Below are positions 50,317 to 62,280 of a stretch of DNA of 64,000 nt, one piece after another. Numbering within the stretch: the first letter of the stretch is position 1; every line of letters begins with the position of its first letter. Source of the DNA: Geosiphon pyriformis uo1. Lineage: Eukaryota; Fungi; Glomeromycota. Made by a program: the position numbers and the translations under genes. The stretch is taken from assembly GCA_016748015.1 (NCBI GenBank), contig JAAOMT010000400.1, forward strand, positions 372,001-436,000. Reading direction: 5' to 3'. The notes under the pieces were generated by a model. It worked only from the letters and a program-made list of their open reading frames with translations, made no database searches and was not told where the DNA came from.

Positions 50317-51298
50317 TGTTACCAGTAGAATTTTAGCTATTAATTAGCATGAAATTACCCTTATAATTCTTATTATTAATTAGCATACATTATAATTAAT
50401 TCAACTATCACTTATTATTTAATCAAATTATCAAATATCATTACTCAATCAATAATCCGATTTGTACTCTAGAAATTAAGACCATCAAATTACACAATAC
50501 CCTGAACCTTTTAACATAGTCAAAATTCGCCGAAATTAATAGAAATTTGCCGAAATAATCAATAGTTCAGTGAAATAACTTGTAAATTTGCCAAAATGTA
50601 TCTTTAGTTTACCCAAATTGTAGCAAAGAGAAAAGTGCAAGTTCAAAGACTAGTACTACAATAAGCTGTATAAAAGAAGAGCTTCTCTCTCCAAGAAAAT
50701 GTATCTTCTTATAGTATCTTAATATAGAATCTTACTTTAGATATCTTAATTGGAACAAATCACTTTTTACATATTTCAAATAAAAATTAAATATTCGAAA
50801 ACAAATTCTTTAAATTATTACACTTGAAATTCTCTCAACACAACTAACATTTCGAAATTGATTAGCTACCAATTTCAGTAATCTGTTAGTGATTCCAGGC
50901 CTAGATAGAAAACATTTTCCTTGATAAAATTCTATTTCTTTTATATTTTCTTTTATTTATTTATTTATTTTTTTTCTTATTACAATCATTGGGGTAGCCT
51001 ACAGACAAGATTCCTGTAGAAGAGTTGACTTTCACAGCAAAGTAACTACACATTTTTTTTAGTGAGCTTCCAAACGAGCAATTCCTAGGAAAGAGTTAAT
51101 ATTTACTACAACATAATTACATAAAGTAACTGACAAGGAATTGGCAATTCCACTTATAAGCCCAGCAGTTCAAATTATAGAAGATAATTTGAAGATAAAT
51201 TCAGTTATTGGAGGTTCAACTACTTCTAGAAAACGTGAATTTTAAACAAACAGACATTAATAACATTTAAAAAAAGAGACCAAAGACCTCTGGTAACA
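50317..51298 (+). repeat. 5' LTR of element E
   Basis: 9-bp inverted termini TGTTACCAG/CTGGTAACA; TATAAAA at ~50668; U3 AAATTYGCCRAAAT repeats. Confidence 0.95.
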
Positions 51299-51316
51299 TT
51301 TGGTGCTCTCCTACAG
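51299..51316 (+). promoter_or_regulatory. Primer-binding site of element E
   Basis: TTTGGTGCTCTCC directly after the LTR, complementary to a tRNA ending ...GAGCACCA; tRNA identity not determined. Confidence 0.8.
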
Positions 51317-51343
51317 AAATAATACAGCAACAACAAATTCAAA

Positions 51344-54300
51344 GTGGCGACCACACCAGACACAACAACTCTAGAGTATCATCAGTCAATTTACACCCAC
51401 TGCAAGCAAAGATTCAACATCCCAGACGGAATTGAAGTTGTCAAGAAATCAGTATACCAATACATTGAAAACTGCATCAACAATTATTTTTTTGGAAACT
51501 ACAATATTTCAGAAGTTAGAAGCAACCTCTACAATAATTTAGTGCACTATTCACAATTGGAAACAGAAGACCTGAACAGTAAAACACTTGCTACCTACTT
51601 CCAAGAACTTAATTTTAATATTATTGAGTATTGTGAAGAAAAATACCCAGTACAGCCCAAATACTCTTTTAACTTTGAATCAGAAACAGAGACAAGCAAC
51701 AAAGGCAAACAAAAAGTAAAACAATACTCAAGAACCACCCCAAACACTCCAATACTACCAAAGACAACTGCCAACCACTTGCAAACACTTGAACAAGAAA
51801 CCAGTGTTAAATTACCACTTTCTATTACATCATTTCCAATTTTACTTGTTCAACTACAAATACCAAGTTCACCACTTAACTGTTTCTCCAGACCAGAAGA
51901 TTATCAGTCACCTAGAAATCCTACTCAACAGCAGGAACCAATATCAACAAATGCCAATATCATTAATTACCTATAAGAAAATGAAAGTAATCATTCAGAA
52001 AGCTTGAAAAGTGAAGAAACTGAATCGGAACCAGAAGAAATTACAGAGAATAAAGAGAAAATAGCAACTGCTTATATTGCAAAGATTCCCAAATTTACTG
52101 GTGAAAATAATGATACCAGTCCTTAAGAATGGCTTGACAAAGTTCAAAAAGCAGGAGATGCAAATGGTTGGATTGCAGCAAAAATGCTTAAAGCAATTCT
52201 CTACTTTTTCCAAGGAACAGCAGGAGAATGGTTTGAAAATTTAGAAGAATTATTTGAAAACTGGCAAGCATTCAAAGATGCTTTTCTACAACAATTTACC
52301 AACAACAACATCTTTATTACTCTCAGAAACCACTTTTACAATATCAAGCAAGAAACATCTGAAACTGTTATGACCTATCTTGAAAGATTCAACAAACTTC
52401 TCAAACAAATTTGACAATTGGAAACCAATGACTACTATTCTGATGCTCAAATTCTGGATCAGTTTATAGCAAGGTTAAAAAACAAACTGATTAAGAAAGT
52501 CTGTCTACATGCTCCAGCAGACTTAGCAACTGTTATTAGACATGCAAAGAGCTATAAAATAGCAATGGAAGAAGCAAATCACACCAAGCTTGTAAACCTT
52601 GCAATTGGAGAAACCAGCTCAGCAGCTGAAGAGAAGATAGACCAACTCACAAAGAAGATTAAAAGCTATTTTATAAACCAACAACAACAACAGCAACAAC
52701 CACAAAGATATCAACCCTCACAATAACGCAATCAAAACAACTTTGGGTTACTATCTAACAACCAACCTCAAAATTATCATTATTGTGGAATTCTAGAACA
52801 TTGAAAATGAGATTGCAGGAAACTACAAAGAGACCAACAAAACAGAAGTAATCAATGTTACTTTTCACTACAACAATCTTATTACCAACCTCCACCACCA
52901 ACTTATTACTCACCAAGACCACAAAATCAAAACAGTTACTATCAACCAGCTCCACAATCAATGCAGCAACAATATCAACAATCTTTGTCAATTCAGCAAT
53001 ATCAAACACCACCCACTCAACAATATCAAGTACTAGCCAGAAGATTGGTTCAACATAACCCATTTACACCCCAAAATCAATTCCAGAATAACAACAACAG
53101 AATCAACCCAAATAACCAGTTGGTTCTCCGAAATTCTGGTCCACAAAAACCAAATCATTATCACACTCAACCCAGCTATCTTACAATGCCTAAAGGATTG
53201 AATTTTCAACAAACTGCACTTTCAGAAGGTGAAGTTGCAGCACCAACATTAAATCCTTCCAACAATATTATTCTACCAGCCCAAATTGCCCAAAATGCCA
53301 ATCTTTCAGATATATTCTCATTTAAATTTAAAGCAAATAAATCACCATTCTTGCTTAGCAATGCAGCAGTCAATGAGCAAAAAGCTATCACTGTTATGTA
53401 CACTGAAGCTATAGTAGAAGAAAAGCCCATCCAATTAATTCTAAATAGTAGATTAGCAGAAAGTATTATCACCTACCAGTTAATACAACAGCTTCAAAAA
53501 ACTGTTGACAGACCAGCCCAAACTGTAATTGTTATAGCAGATGGTATGAAAAAGACACCAGTAAGAGAAATTGACAATTTTCTATTTATCATTGATAGAA
53601 TCACCATTCCAGTCAAAGTTTTAGTCATGGATGCACCCCAATACCAAGCTCTGATCGGAAATGATTGGCTTCTTAAGGCCAATGCAAACTTAGATTGGGA
53701 AACTCAAGAACTAAAAATCTCATACCAAGGACAATACACCATAGTACCTGTTACTTGTGGTACTTTTAACAAACGATCAAAAAAAGCCCCAGTATTTGAA
53801 TTTGAAGAGAAAAAAGAAATGCCACTTACTAAAATCTACATGGCTCTTGGATCAACATCCAATTGGGCTGAGGAAACAGAACAAGAGATTTTTGAAGAAT
53901 CAAGAAGATTGAAAAAAGTTAAATATTCTATACCAGAACCACAGAAACAACCACCCTATATTCTACTTAAATGCAAAGATTGCAACAAGAAACTTTTATC
54001 AATGGGAGCATGTATTTCTCTAGAAGAGGAATATGAAACTCATACCTGCTACTTTTGCAAAGCATGTCATAAAGAACGATTTGGATACCCTAAAAGGAGT
54101 GGGAAATAGGACAACACTCCTTGCCTCACATGTGGAGATATACTACCAGAAGAATGCAACTGGATTAATATTGCAATAAGAGAAGGAGTATGTAATCAAA
54201 TCTGTCAATATGCTCTATCAATTTCGGAAAAAGTCAGAAGAGGAACACCATTTGATGCAGTATACAACAGTGCTCTCAATAAACTTTACCACTACCCTCA

Positions 54301-56968
54301 TGATGTTGAAATGATTTTTGACTTAACAATGGCATTGATCAATAGAGCCATCCAAGAAAATGTCCGCCAAATGAAAAAAGCTGAATATATTAAGTATACT
54401 ATGGAATTAACTGAATTTGATTATGAAGATGAAGTAGAAACCTACCACCAAATTGCAAGCCACACATATCCGACCCAAGAAGCTCAAATTCAATGATTAG
54501 AGCAAATGAACATTTAGTTATGTGAAAAATACATCATGCCTTGTGATAACAAATAGTGTCCAGAATATTATGCTCTTAGCATTCCTCTGCCAGAGGAAAA
54601 TGATGAAAATGAAATCGAATTTGGAGTATTTAAATAGGTAGAAGAACTACCAACCACCCCCATTTATCTTCTTGAAAAGCAATCACCTTTACAACTTAAA
54701 TATTTCGACAACCATGGCCAAAGAATCAGACCAAAAAAAGCACACGAAATTGATGCTGGATATGATCTAAGATATTCCAGAAAAGATACTTTGGTTTTCC
54801 AACCAAAGTCCTTAACAAAAATTAATCTTAAAATTGCTCTTGAAATTCCACTTAGAGCAATGGTTCAAATTGCATCCAGATTATTATTGGCAAGCAAAGG
54901 AATCAATATTAGAGAAGGAGTTATAGATGTAGGATATACTGGAAACATTACCATCATGTTGCAAAATAAAACAGACAAACCATTCAAGATTGAACATGCT
55001 GAAAAGATTGCCCAAGCAATTTACTTACTCTTAATCAACATTTCGGGTTTACAATCAATAGAAAACAGAGAACAATTGGGAAAAAGTAAAAGAGGAACTC
55101 AAGATTTTGGTTCAACTGGACGATTTACAGTGTCAGTAAACATAGCTCTCAATACACAGAATGAATCTCACCAGATTCTTCAACTTCTCCAACCAATTAC
55201 CATTTCACCTTTTGGAGAACATCACGAAATTTACACTTGCTCAAAACCCACCACTACCCAACAAATCTTTGAATCCAATGAACAAATCTGTTTGAAGCAT
55301 GAAATCTCAATTCCAAACGTTTATATTCCCAAAGGAATGAAAAAATTTTGAGTTACATTCTACAACCCCCATAATTACCCTATTGTCTTATTAAACAAAT
55401 TAAAGATTGGAATCATACACAGTAATATTTTTCAAGATGAAAACCCTCAAATTGTCTCTAATTTCATCGAAATTGTAAGACACACTCTACTTCTAAATCC
55501 AAATATCATTTTTACTACTGAAAACTACCATCTTTTGGAAGAAAAACTCTCTTAAATCAACATGAGTCCCTTGGAACCCCAACAACAAAGACAATTGAAA
55601 CAATTAATAGCTGAATTTGCAGATATATTTGCAAAAGACAACAATGACTTGGAAAAAACTGATATTGTTCAACATCAGATCCATACAGGAGATGCTCCAC
55701 TAAAATGTTAGCAAGCTTATAGAGTGCCACTTGTCAGCCACCAATTCATTAGAGAAGAAGTCCAAAGAATGCTTAATAACGAATTGATTCAACCATTAAA
55801 AAGTTTTTGGGCCTTACCAGTAGTCCTTGTCAAAAAGAAAAACGGAAAAATCAGATTCTGCATTGATTATAGACAACTGAATAGTGTTACAATTGGAGAT
55901 ACCTATCCTCTTCCAAGAATTGATGACATGCTAGATGCTCTAGGAAAAGCCAAGTTCTTTTCAACTTTAGACTTGGAAAGTGGATACTGGCAAGTCAAAA
56001 TGGATCCAAAAGATAGACCCAAAACAGCATTCACCATCCAAAAAGAAAACTATGAGTTCAATATTATGTCTTTTAAACTCTGCAATACACCAGCAACATT
56101 CCAATGACTCATGGATGTTGTATATGAAAAACTCTTATGACAATTAGTAGTTGTTTACCTTGATGACACTAATGTGTACTTACCAAGCTTTGAAGCCCAT
56201 CTTATTCACCTACGAGAAGTTTTTCAATGATTATGGAAAGCAGGATTGAAGTTGAATATTGAGAAATGTCACTTTGGAAAAACAAGCTTAATCTTTCTTG
56301 GATACATAGTTAGCAAAGATGGAGTCAAACCAAACCCTAGAACAATTAGTGCTGTCAAAAACTTTCAAACTCCCAAAAATACCACAGAACTAAAAGGATT
56401 TGTAGGATTAGCCTCTTACTATTGGAAATTCATAAAGAAATTTTCAGAAATTGCCAAACCACTTAATTATCTCATCAACAAAAATGTGCCATACAAATGA
56501 ATAGAAGAACAATAAAAAGCTTTTGAAATCCTCAAAACAAAATTGACAACAGCCCCAGTTCTTGCTTACCCAAACTTCAACAAACAGTTCCAACTAGCCA
56601 CTGATGCTTCACATATAGCTTTTGGTGCCATCCTATTACAATTGAATGAAAATGGCCAGGAACAAGTCATTACTTATGCTAGTAGAACATTCAAGCCAAC
56701 AAAACTCAAATATGGCTCAACAGAACTAGAAGCTGCTGCAGTTATATGGGCTCTCAAACACTTTCAACAATATCTAAAGAATAGAAAAAAATTTGACATC
56801 ATAACTGACAATATTGGTCTTAAATGGCTCAATAAAAAGAAAACTGAACAAAGTGCCAAACAGTCTTAATGGAATGATTTCTTAGCAGACTACAAATACA
56901 TTGTACACTACAAACCAGAAAAACTACACACCAATGTTGATAGTCTTTCAAAAATGAGACAAAATTAA
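51344..56968 (+). pseudogene. Single-frame gag-protease-Cys-rich-dUTPase-RT-RNase H of element E with scattered stops
   Basis: All ORFs from 51344 to 56869 share one frame; CCHC relic at ~52775; LIL(D)S...; RFCIDYRQLN, YPLPRIDD, DL.SGYWQV, YLDD, TDAS; ends LSKMRQN*. Confidence 0.92.
54695..55120 (+). pseudogene. Trimeric dUTPase domain in pol of element E
   Basis: DAGYDL, SR..LA.KG, GVID.GYTG, KIAQ, RG...FGSTG. Confidence 0.9.
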
Positions 56969-57024
56969 CACTATCAATAATTTCACTACAACTTACTACT
57001 ACTAACAAAAACAACAAACCAACA

Positions 57025-58410
57025 ATAGATTTCAGAAATTACAACAATCTTAAAAACTATTTGGAGACTCTTACCATACCAGAAAATTGGTCTCCAAGTG
57101 AAAAACATCGATTACAACACCAATCCAAACAATATTTCATACATCACAACAAAATCTATTACAAAAATTGCAGAAATCCAAACCAACCACTCAGATTAGT
57201 ACAAGAGAATAAAAAAGAAACAATCTTATACAACATGCACACAGATCTTTCTTCAGCACATTTGGGAAGAGATGGAACAATACAAAGAACTCTTGAACAT
57301 TACTTTTGGTCTTAAATGCAAAAAGACATTTGACAATATGTAGAATCTTATGATAGTTGTCAAAGAAGAGAAGGAACTCGCCCCACAGAACCTTTAAATC
57401 CAATCAAAGTTGAACAATCTTTTGACAGAGTTGGAATTGATTTAGTCGAACCACTACCTATCACAATCCAAGAAAATTATTATATTGCAGTTGCAGTAGA
57501 TTATCTTATCAAATGGCCTGAAGTTAGAGCAATCCAAAGAGCAAATGCAAGATCAGTAGCAAATTTCATCTATGAAGACATTATTTGTAGACATGAATGC
57601 CCAATTGAACTTTTATCTGATCAAGAAACACATTTTGTGAACAACTTGATACAAAAAATTTGTGAATAATTCAATATTAAAAGGCCTCTATCATCATCTT
57701 ATCACCCTCAAACAAATGGACTTGTAGAATGTTTCAACAGAACATTGTGTGAATCTCTAGCCAAAGTCTCAACAGACTTTGAGCAGGAATGAGATATTTT
57801 TATTCTATCAGTATTACTAGCATACAGAACACTAAAACAAGATACTATAAAACACACACCATTTGACTTAACTTATGGAAGGACAGCAACATTACCAATT
57901 AATTTTACAGTAGAAACATATTCTGTGCAACCAATTAATAAAGAAAACTTTCAAGAAACACTCTAAAGAAAGGCCTATACTCTTCTTAGTACACTAGAAA
58001 GAAAAAAAAAGATAGCAGCAACTTATATTGAACATTCCCAAGCACAACAAAAAGAAAAACATGACAACAAATTACCACTCATAACCAATGAATTTAAAGT
58101 TGGAAATAAAGTTCTCTTACACAGAACTAAGGCTGAAAAACAATGAAGTGGAAAATTTGAAAACAAATGGGATGGACCATTTTATATCCACAAAATTCTA
58201 GACAATAGATCATACAAGTTAAGACTTAATAACAAAATACTAGCAAAAGTTGCACATGAAGATAGATTGAAACACTATCACTTCAGAAACAATCCTGAAC
58301 TATTAATTCTACAAATTGGTAAACATTCTCCTTTAGTTAAACCTGAAGATATTCCCCGAAATTTAAAACCAATAATTATAATAGAACAACAGCCAAACTT
58401 AAACACTTAA
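57025..58410 (+). pseudogene. Integrase of element E in a separate frame
   Basis: H....AHLG...YFW...CQ; GIDLV, KWPEVRA, SDQ.THF, YHPQTNGLVE.FNR, WDGPF; ATA at 57025 aligns with the ATG of B integrase. Confidence 0.9.
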
Positions 58411-58563
58411 ATTCAACATAATTTTACAATAATCCTCTTAATATTACACAAAGACAAAAATAATAAATTATTACAAAAACACACAAAACCAAAAACAAAT
58501 AAAACCCCATATCCAAAAATAATTTTCTTTATTCTCTTTTTTCATTAATTAGTCAATTTTATC

Positions 58564-59271
58564 ATGATTATTCCCCGAAATATTCAACAAATATCCCAAA
58601 AATTAATGTTAGTTTTAAAAACACTTCCTGACTTATCCATAACGATTAATGGAAGTCAAATTAATTACATTCAAAAAGAAACCACAGCCCCAATAGTAAA
58701 TAATTCTCAGAACTACCACCCCTATAAAAGAAAAACAAGAGGTCATTCTGAAAAGAGATTACCAGAACTTTTGAAGCAAGCACTAAAAGAAAACCTTCTA
58801 ATTGCTTCTATTGATATTCTACCAAATGTCACAATCCAACAAAAACTTCTACTATTTCTTAATAAACAGAACAATGAACATACTCTTATATATAGATATT
58901 TTCATATTGGAAAAACACTTTATGAACGAAAACTGGAACTTGAAGCAACCAACATCACTCCTGAGGCTATACAAAAACAAATTCACAATGAATTTAAGAC
59001 AGCAGCTGGATCAACAAACACTCGCTACAAACTTAGAGCAGCTTTTAGACTCTATAATTTATTCAACACTTGTGAAAACATCTTACAAAATCGAATACTC
59101 CAATCAATAAAAGTTCAATATATTGGAATACTCACAGAACTGAAATTTCAACAATTTTCAGACCAAATCACTTCAATTATCTTGGACCACTATCTTAACA
59201 TTACAGATAGTGCTTGGACTTCAACAGAACTCAGTCTTGAGGAGGAGATTATGTTACCAGTAGAATTTTAG
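58564..59271 (+). CDS. ORF3, 235-aa accessory protein of unknown function
   Basis: Uninterrupted ATG-TAG ORF between integrase and the 3' LTR, running through the PPT; homologous remnants in elements B, F and G. Confidence 0.75.
   Translation: MIIPRNIQQISQKLMLVLKTLPDLSITINGSQINYIQKETTAPIVNNSQNYHPYKRKTRGHSEKRLPELLKQALKENLLIASIDILPNVTIQQKLLLFLNKQNNEHTLIYRYFHIGKTLYERKLELEATNITPEAIQKQIHNEFKTAAGSTNTRYKLRAAFRLYNLFNTCENILQNRILQSIKVQYIGILTELKFQQFSDQITSIILDHYLNITDSAWTSTELSLEEEIMLPVEF
59239..59251 (+). promoter_or_regulatory. Polypurine tract of element E
   Basis: GAGGAGGAGA three bases before the 3' LTR. Confidence 0.8.
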
Positions 59272-60234
59272 CTATTAATTAGCATGAAATTACCCTTATA
59301 ATTCCTATTATTAATTAGCATACATTATTATTAATTCAACTATCACTTATTATTTAATCAAATTATCAAATATTATTACTCAATCAATAATCCGATTTGT
59401 ACTCTAGAAATTAAGATGATCAAATTACACAATACTCTAAACCTTTTAACATAGTCAAAATTTGCCGAAATTAATGGAAATTTGCCAAAATAATCAATAG
59501 TTCAGTAAAATAACTTGTAAATTTGCCGAAATGTATCTTTAGTTTACCCAAATTGTAGCAAAGAGAAAAGTGCAAGTTCAAAGACTAGTACTACAACAAG
59601 TTGTATAAAAGAAGAGCTTCTCTCTCTAAGAAAATATATCTTCTCATAGTATCTTAACATAGAATCTTACTTTAGATATCTTAATTGGAACAAATCACCT
59701 TTTACACATTTTAAATAAAAATTAAATATTCGAAAACAAATTCTTTAAATTATTACACTTGAAATTCCCTTAACACAACTAACATTTCGAAATTAATTAG
59801 CTACCAATTTCAGTAATCTGTTAGTGACTCCAGGCCTGGATAGAAAACGTTTCCCTTAATAAAATTCTATTTCTTTTATATTTTCTTTTATTTATTTATT
59901 TTTCTTCTTTTCTTATTACAATCATTGGAGTAGCCTACAGACAAGATTCCTGTAAAAGAGTTGACTTTTACAGCAAAGTAACTACACATTTTTTTTAGTG
60001 AGCTTCCAGATGAGCAATTCCTGGGAAAGAGTTGACGTTTACTACAACGTAACTACATAAAGTAACTGACAAGGAATTGGCAATTTCACTTATAAGCCCA
60101 GCAGTTCAAATTATAGGAGATAATTTGAAGATAAATTCAGTTATTAGAGGTTCAACTACTTCTAGAAAACGTGAATTTAAAACAAACAGACATCAATAAC
60201 ATTTAAGAAAAGAGACCAAAGACCTCCAGTAACA
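59252..60234 (+). repeat. 3' LTR of element E
   Basis: Direct repeat of 50317-51298. Confidence 0.95.
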
Positions 60235-61275
60235 ATGCTAACTATTTTATAATATTTTAAATCTTAAATCAGTTTATTTACAGACTATACAATAGCCTTT
60301 TGTAACAAGTACATCTATTATATCTAAACACATTTTAAGACACAATTACTTATGTTAGAAATTTTAAATTAGCTAAGTTTAAAGCCAATTACAACTAAGC
60401 CATAAATCTAGTAATAAATAAATTATCTAAATTGGATTCCAAACTAAAGCAGTTTAGTGAAACAATTAACTAGAAAATAAAAGAATATTTAGTTAACAAT
60501 TAAGTAATTTATTAGTCTTCTTAATATTACAACAATCAAAAAAACTCCAATTAGTTCTAGAATTAGTTACATCCATTATTATTATTAGCAAATCAATAAT
60601 AACAGTAAAAAACATATATTTGCCATTATTGCCATAAATAAAGATATATTAAAGCAAACTATTATTCAAAAATAAATAGCTCATAATCAGAAAATTAATA
60701 TAGAAATTCTGATCACAGGTTTTAAATTTCAAACTACACTAACAATTTGTCTTTGGACTATTATTAGTATTAGCTTTATTATATTTAACTAATACAGTCA
60801 ATATATACATTTTTAATCTATCAAACATTATAGTTCCAAGTAATTTATTAATACTGTAATCACAAATAATTTATCAACTTCAACCAATTCAAACACTACC
60901 ACAAAATTTAGCTTAAATTCTAGCCAAAAGCCAAAGACCAAGGATTATGCACATGTAACAAAACTAAAGATCAGAAATAATTATGCATTAATTAATCTCT
61001 AATATATTAATCTAACAAACAAGATTATGTCAGCAGAGTTTAAGAAATAAATATGTCCAAAACTTAAATTTTCAAAGCTATTTAAGTCTTTTGGCAACTT
61101 TAAAAAACACTTTATCTAATATCTTAAAAGTTCAAAAACCACTTATTAACAATATTCTACCTGCTATTATTACTGAAAACGAGTTGTTTACTATAATATT
61201 CTCTTTTAAACTTGAAAAACTTATAACAATATTTTTTTTCAATAAAACTGTTCTTAATACTAAACCAATTACCAC

Positions 61276-62280
61276 TGTTATAAGTAATTATTTAAGATGT
61301 TGGAACAAATAACAAACCTATAACTTGGTGCTTAATAACTGTTAATGCTAATAATTTCTGAAAGTTTTTGTACTTTAAAGATTTTAGTTAAGTTTTTTGT
61401 ATAATAAACAGAAATTTAGTTGATGGTTTTTCTCAATTTCTGTTTTTAGCATAGTGGCCAGTTTATTCTGGTATTTATGCCTTTTTGGTAAGCTATTTTT
61501 AAGTTTTTTATTTTTGTTTCATGGGTTTTTTACCAGAGTATTTTTGATGTTAATTACTTAGTATTCAATTTTTTAATTAATAAACAACAAAAAAACAAAA
61601 TAAAAGAAAAATAAAAGGAAATAAAAAATAAAATAAGAAATAAAATAAGAAATTAGTATCTTGTTAATAACTATAATTAAGAACTATTGATTCAGTATAA
61701 TTAAATATCAAATTTTATCAACATAAATTATTGATAGTACAAATTAATTAATATTTTTTAATCAAGTAATAATAATATAGATTTAAATAATAAGAAATAT
61801 TTTTATTAATATGAATATAATTCTATTTTAAGTTATAAAAAACTATTTTTTAAAGAAAGAGATATTAGATAATTATTTATTATTAGCTATTGTTCTAACT
61901 GTTCTGAATTACTTTTTCTGTTTCTAATACTCTTATTATATATACATAATTCGTATTATATGAGATTCTTTAAAATCTTTTAATTTTTTTGAAAAAAATT
62001 CTGGAATTCTGAAATTCTGCAATTTCTTAAAAGAAATTCTGCAATTCTTTAAGAAAAATCCTGGAATTTTTTTTTTTATGTTTTTTTCTTATTGGCTATT
62101 TTTTTACTTAATATAATTCTTATTTCTATAAATAATAATATTCTTTCTTTTTAATATTAAGCTTTATTAAGATCTCTCAAATCTCTTAGCTTTTCTAAAT
62201 CTTCTTTTTAGATTAATTTTATTATTTCTTTTTCTAGAATTACTTGGGCAATTTGGTTTGTAATTTTTCGAATTAGGCAT
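61276..62280 (-). mobile_element. 3' end of gypsy element F (LTR 61276-62137, PPT, ORF3 C-terminus)
   Basis: LTR with B-type U3 repeats; 62138-62280 resembles 898-1040. Confidence 0.8.

Larger units (their letters stand above)
50317..60234 (+). mobile_element. Full-length Ty3/gypsy LTR retrotransposon (element E)
   Basis: LTRs at 50317-51298 and 59252-60234 (TGTTAC...GTAACA); exact TSD ATGC; PBS at 51299; PPT at 59239; complete domain set. Confidence 0.96.
49447..61275 (+). pseudogene. Decayed gag of an older gypsy copy, split by element E (pieces 49447-50316 and 60235-61275)
   Basis: Joining the flanks restores ...INANYF...ILNQFI..., homologous to 7531-7920; 61091-61275 is homologous to 6775-7164. 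Confidence 0.75.

Noticed and set aside
58564-59271. ORF3 intact because of domestication, or being an env gene
   Set aside because: Similar stop-free stretches occur in the decayed pol (382 aa at 52961-54109); no signal peptide or transmembrane helix
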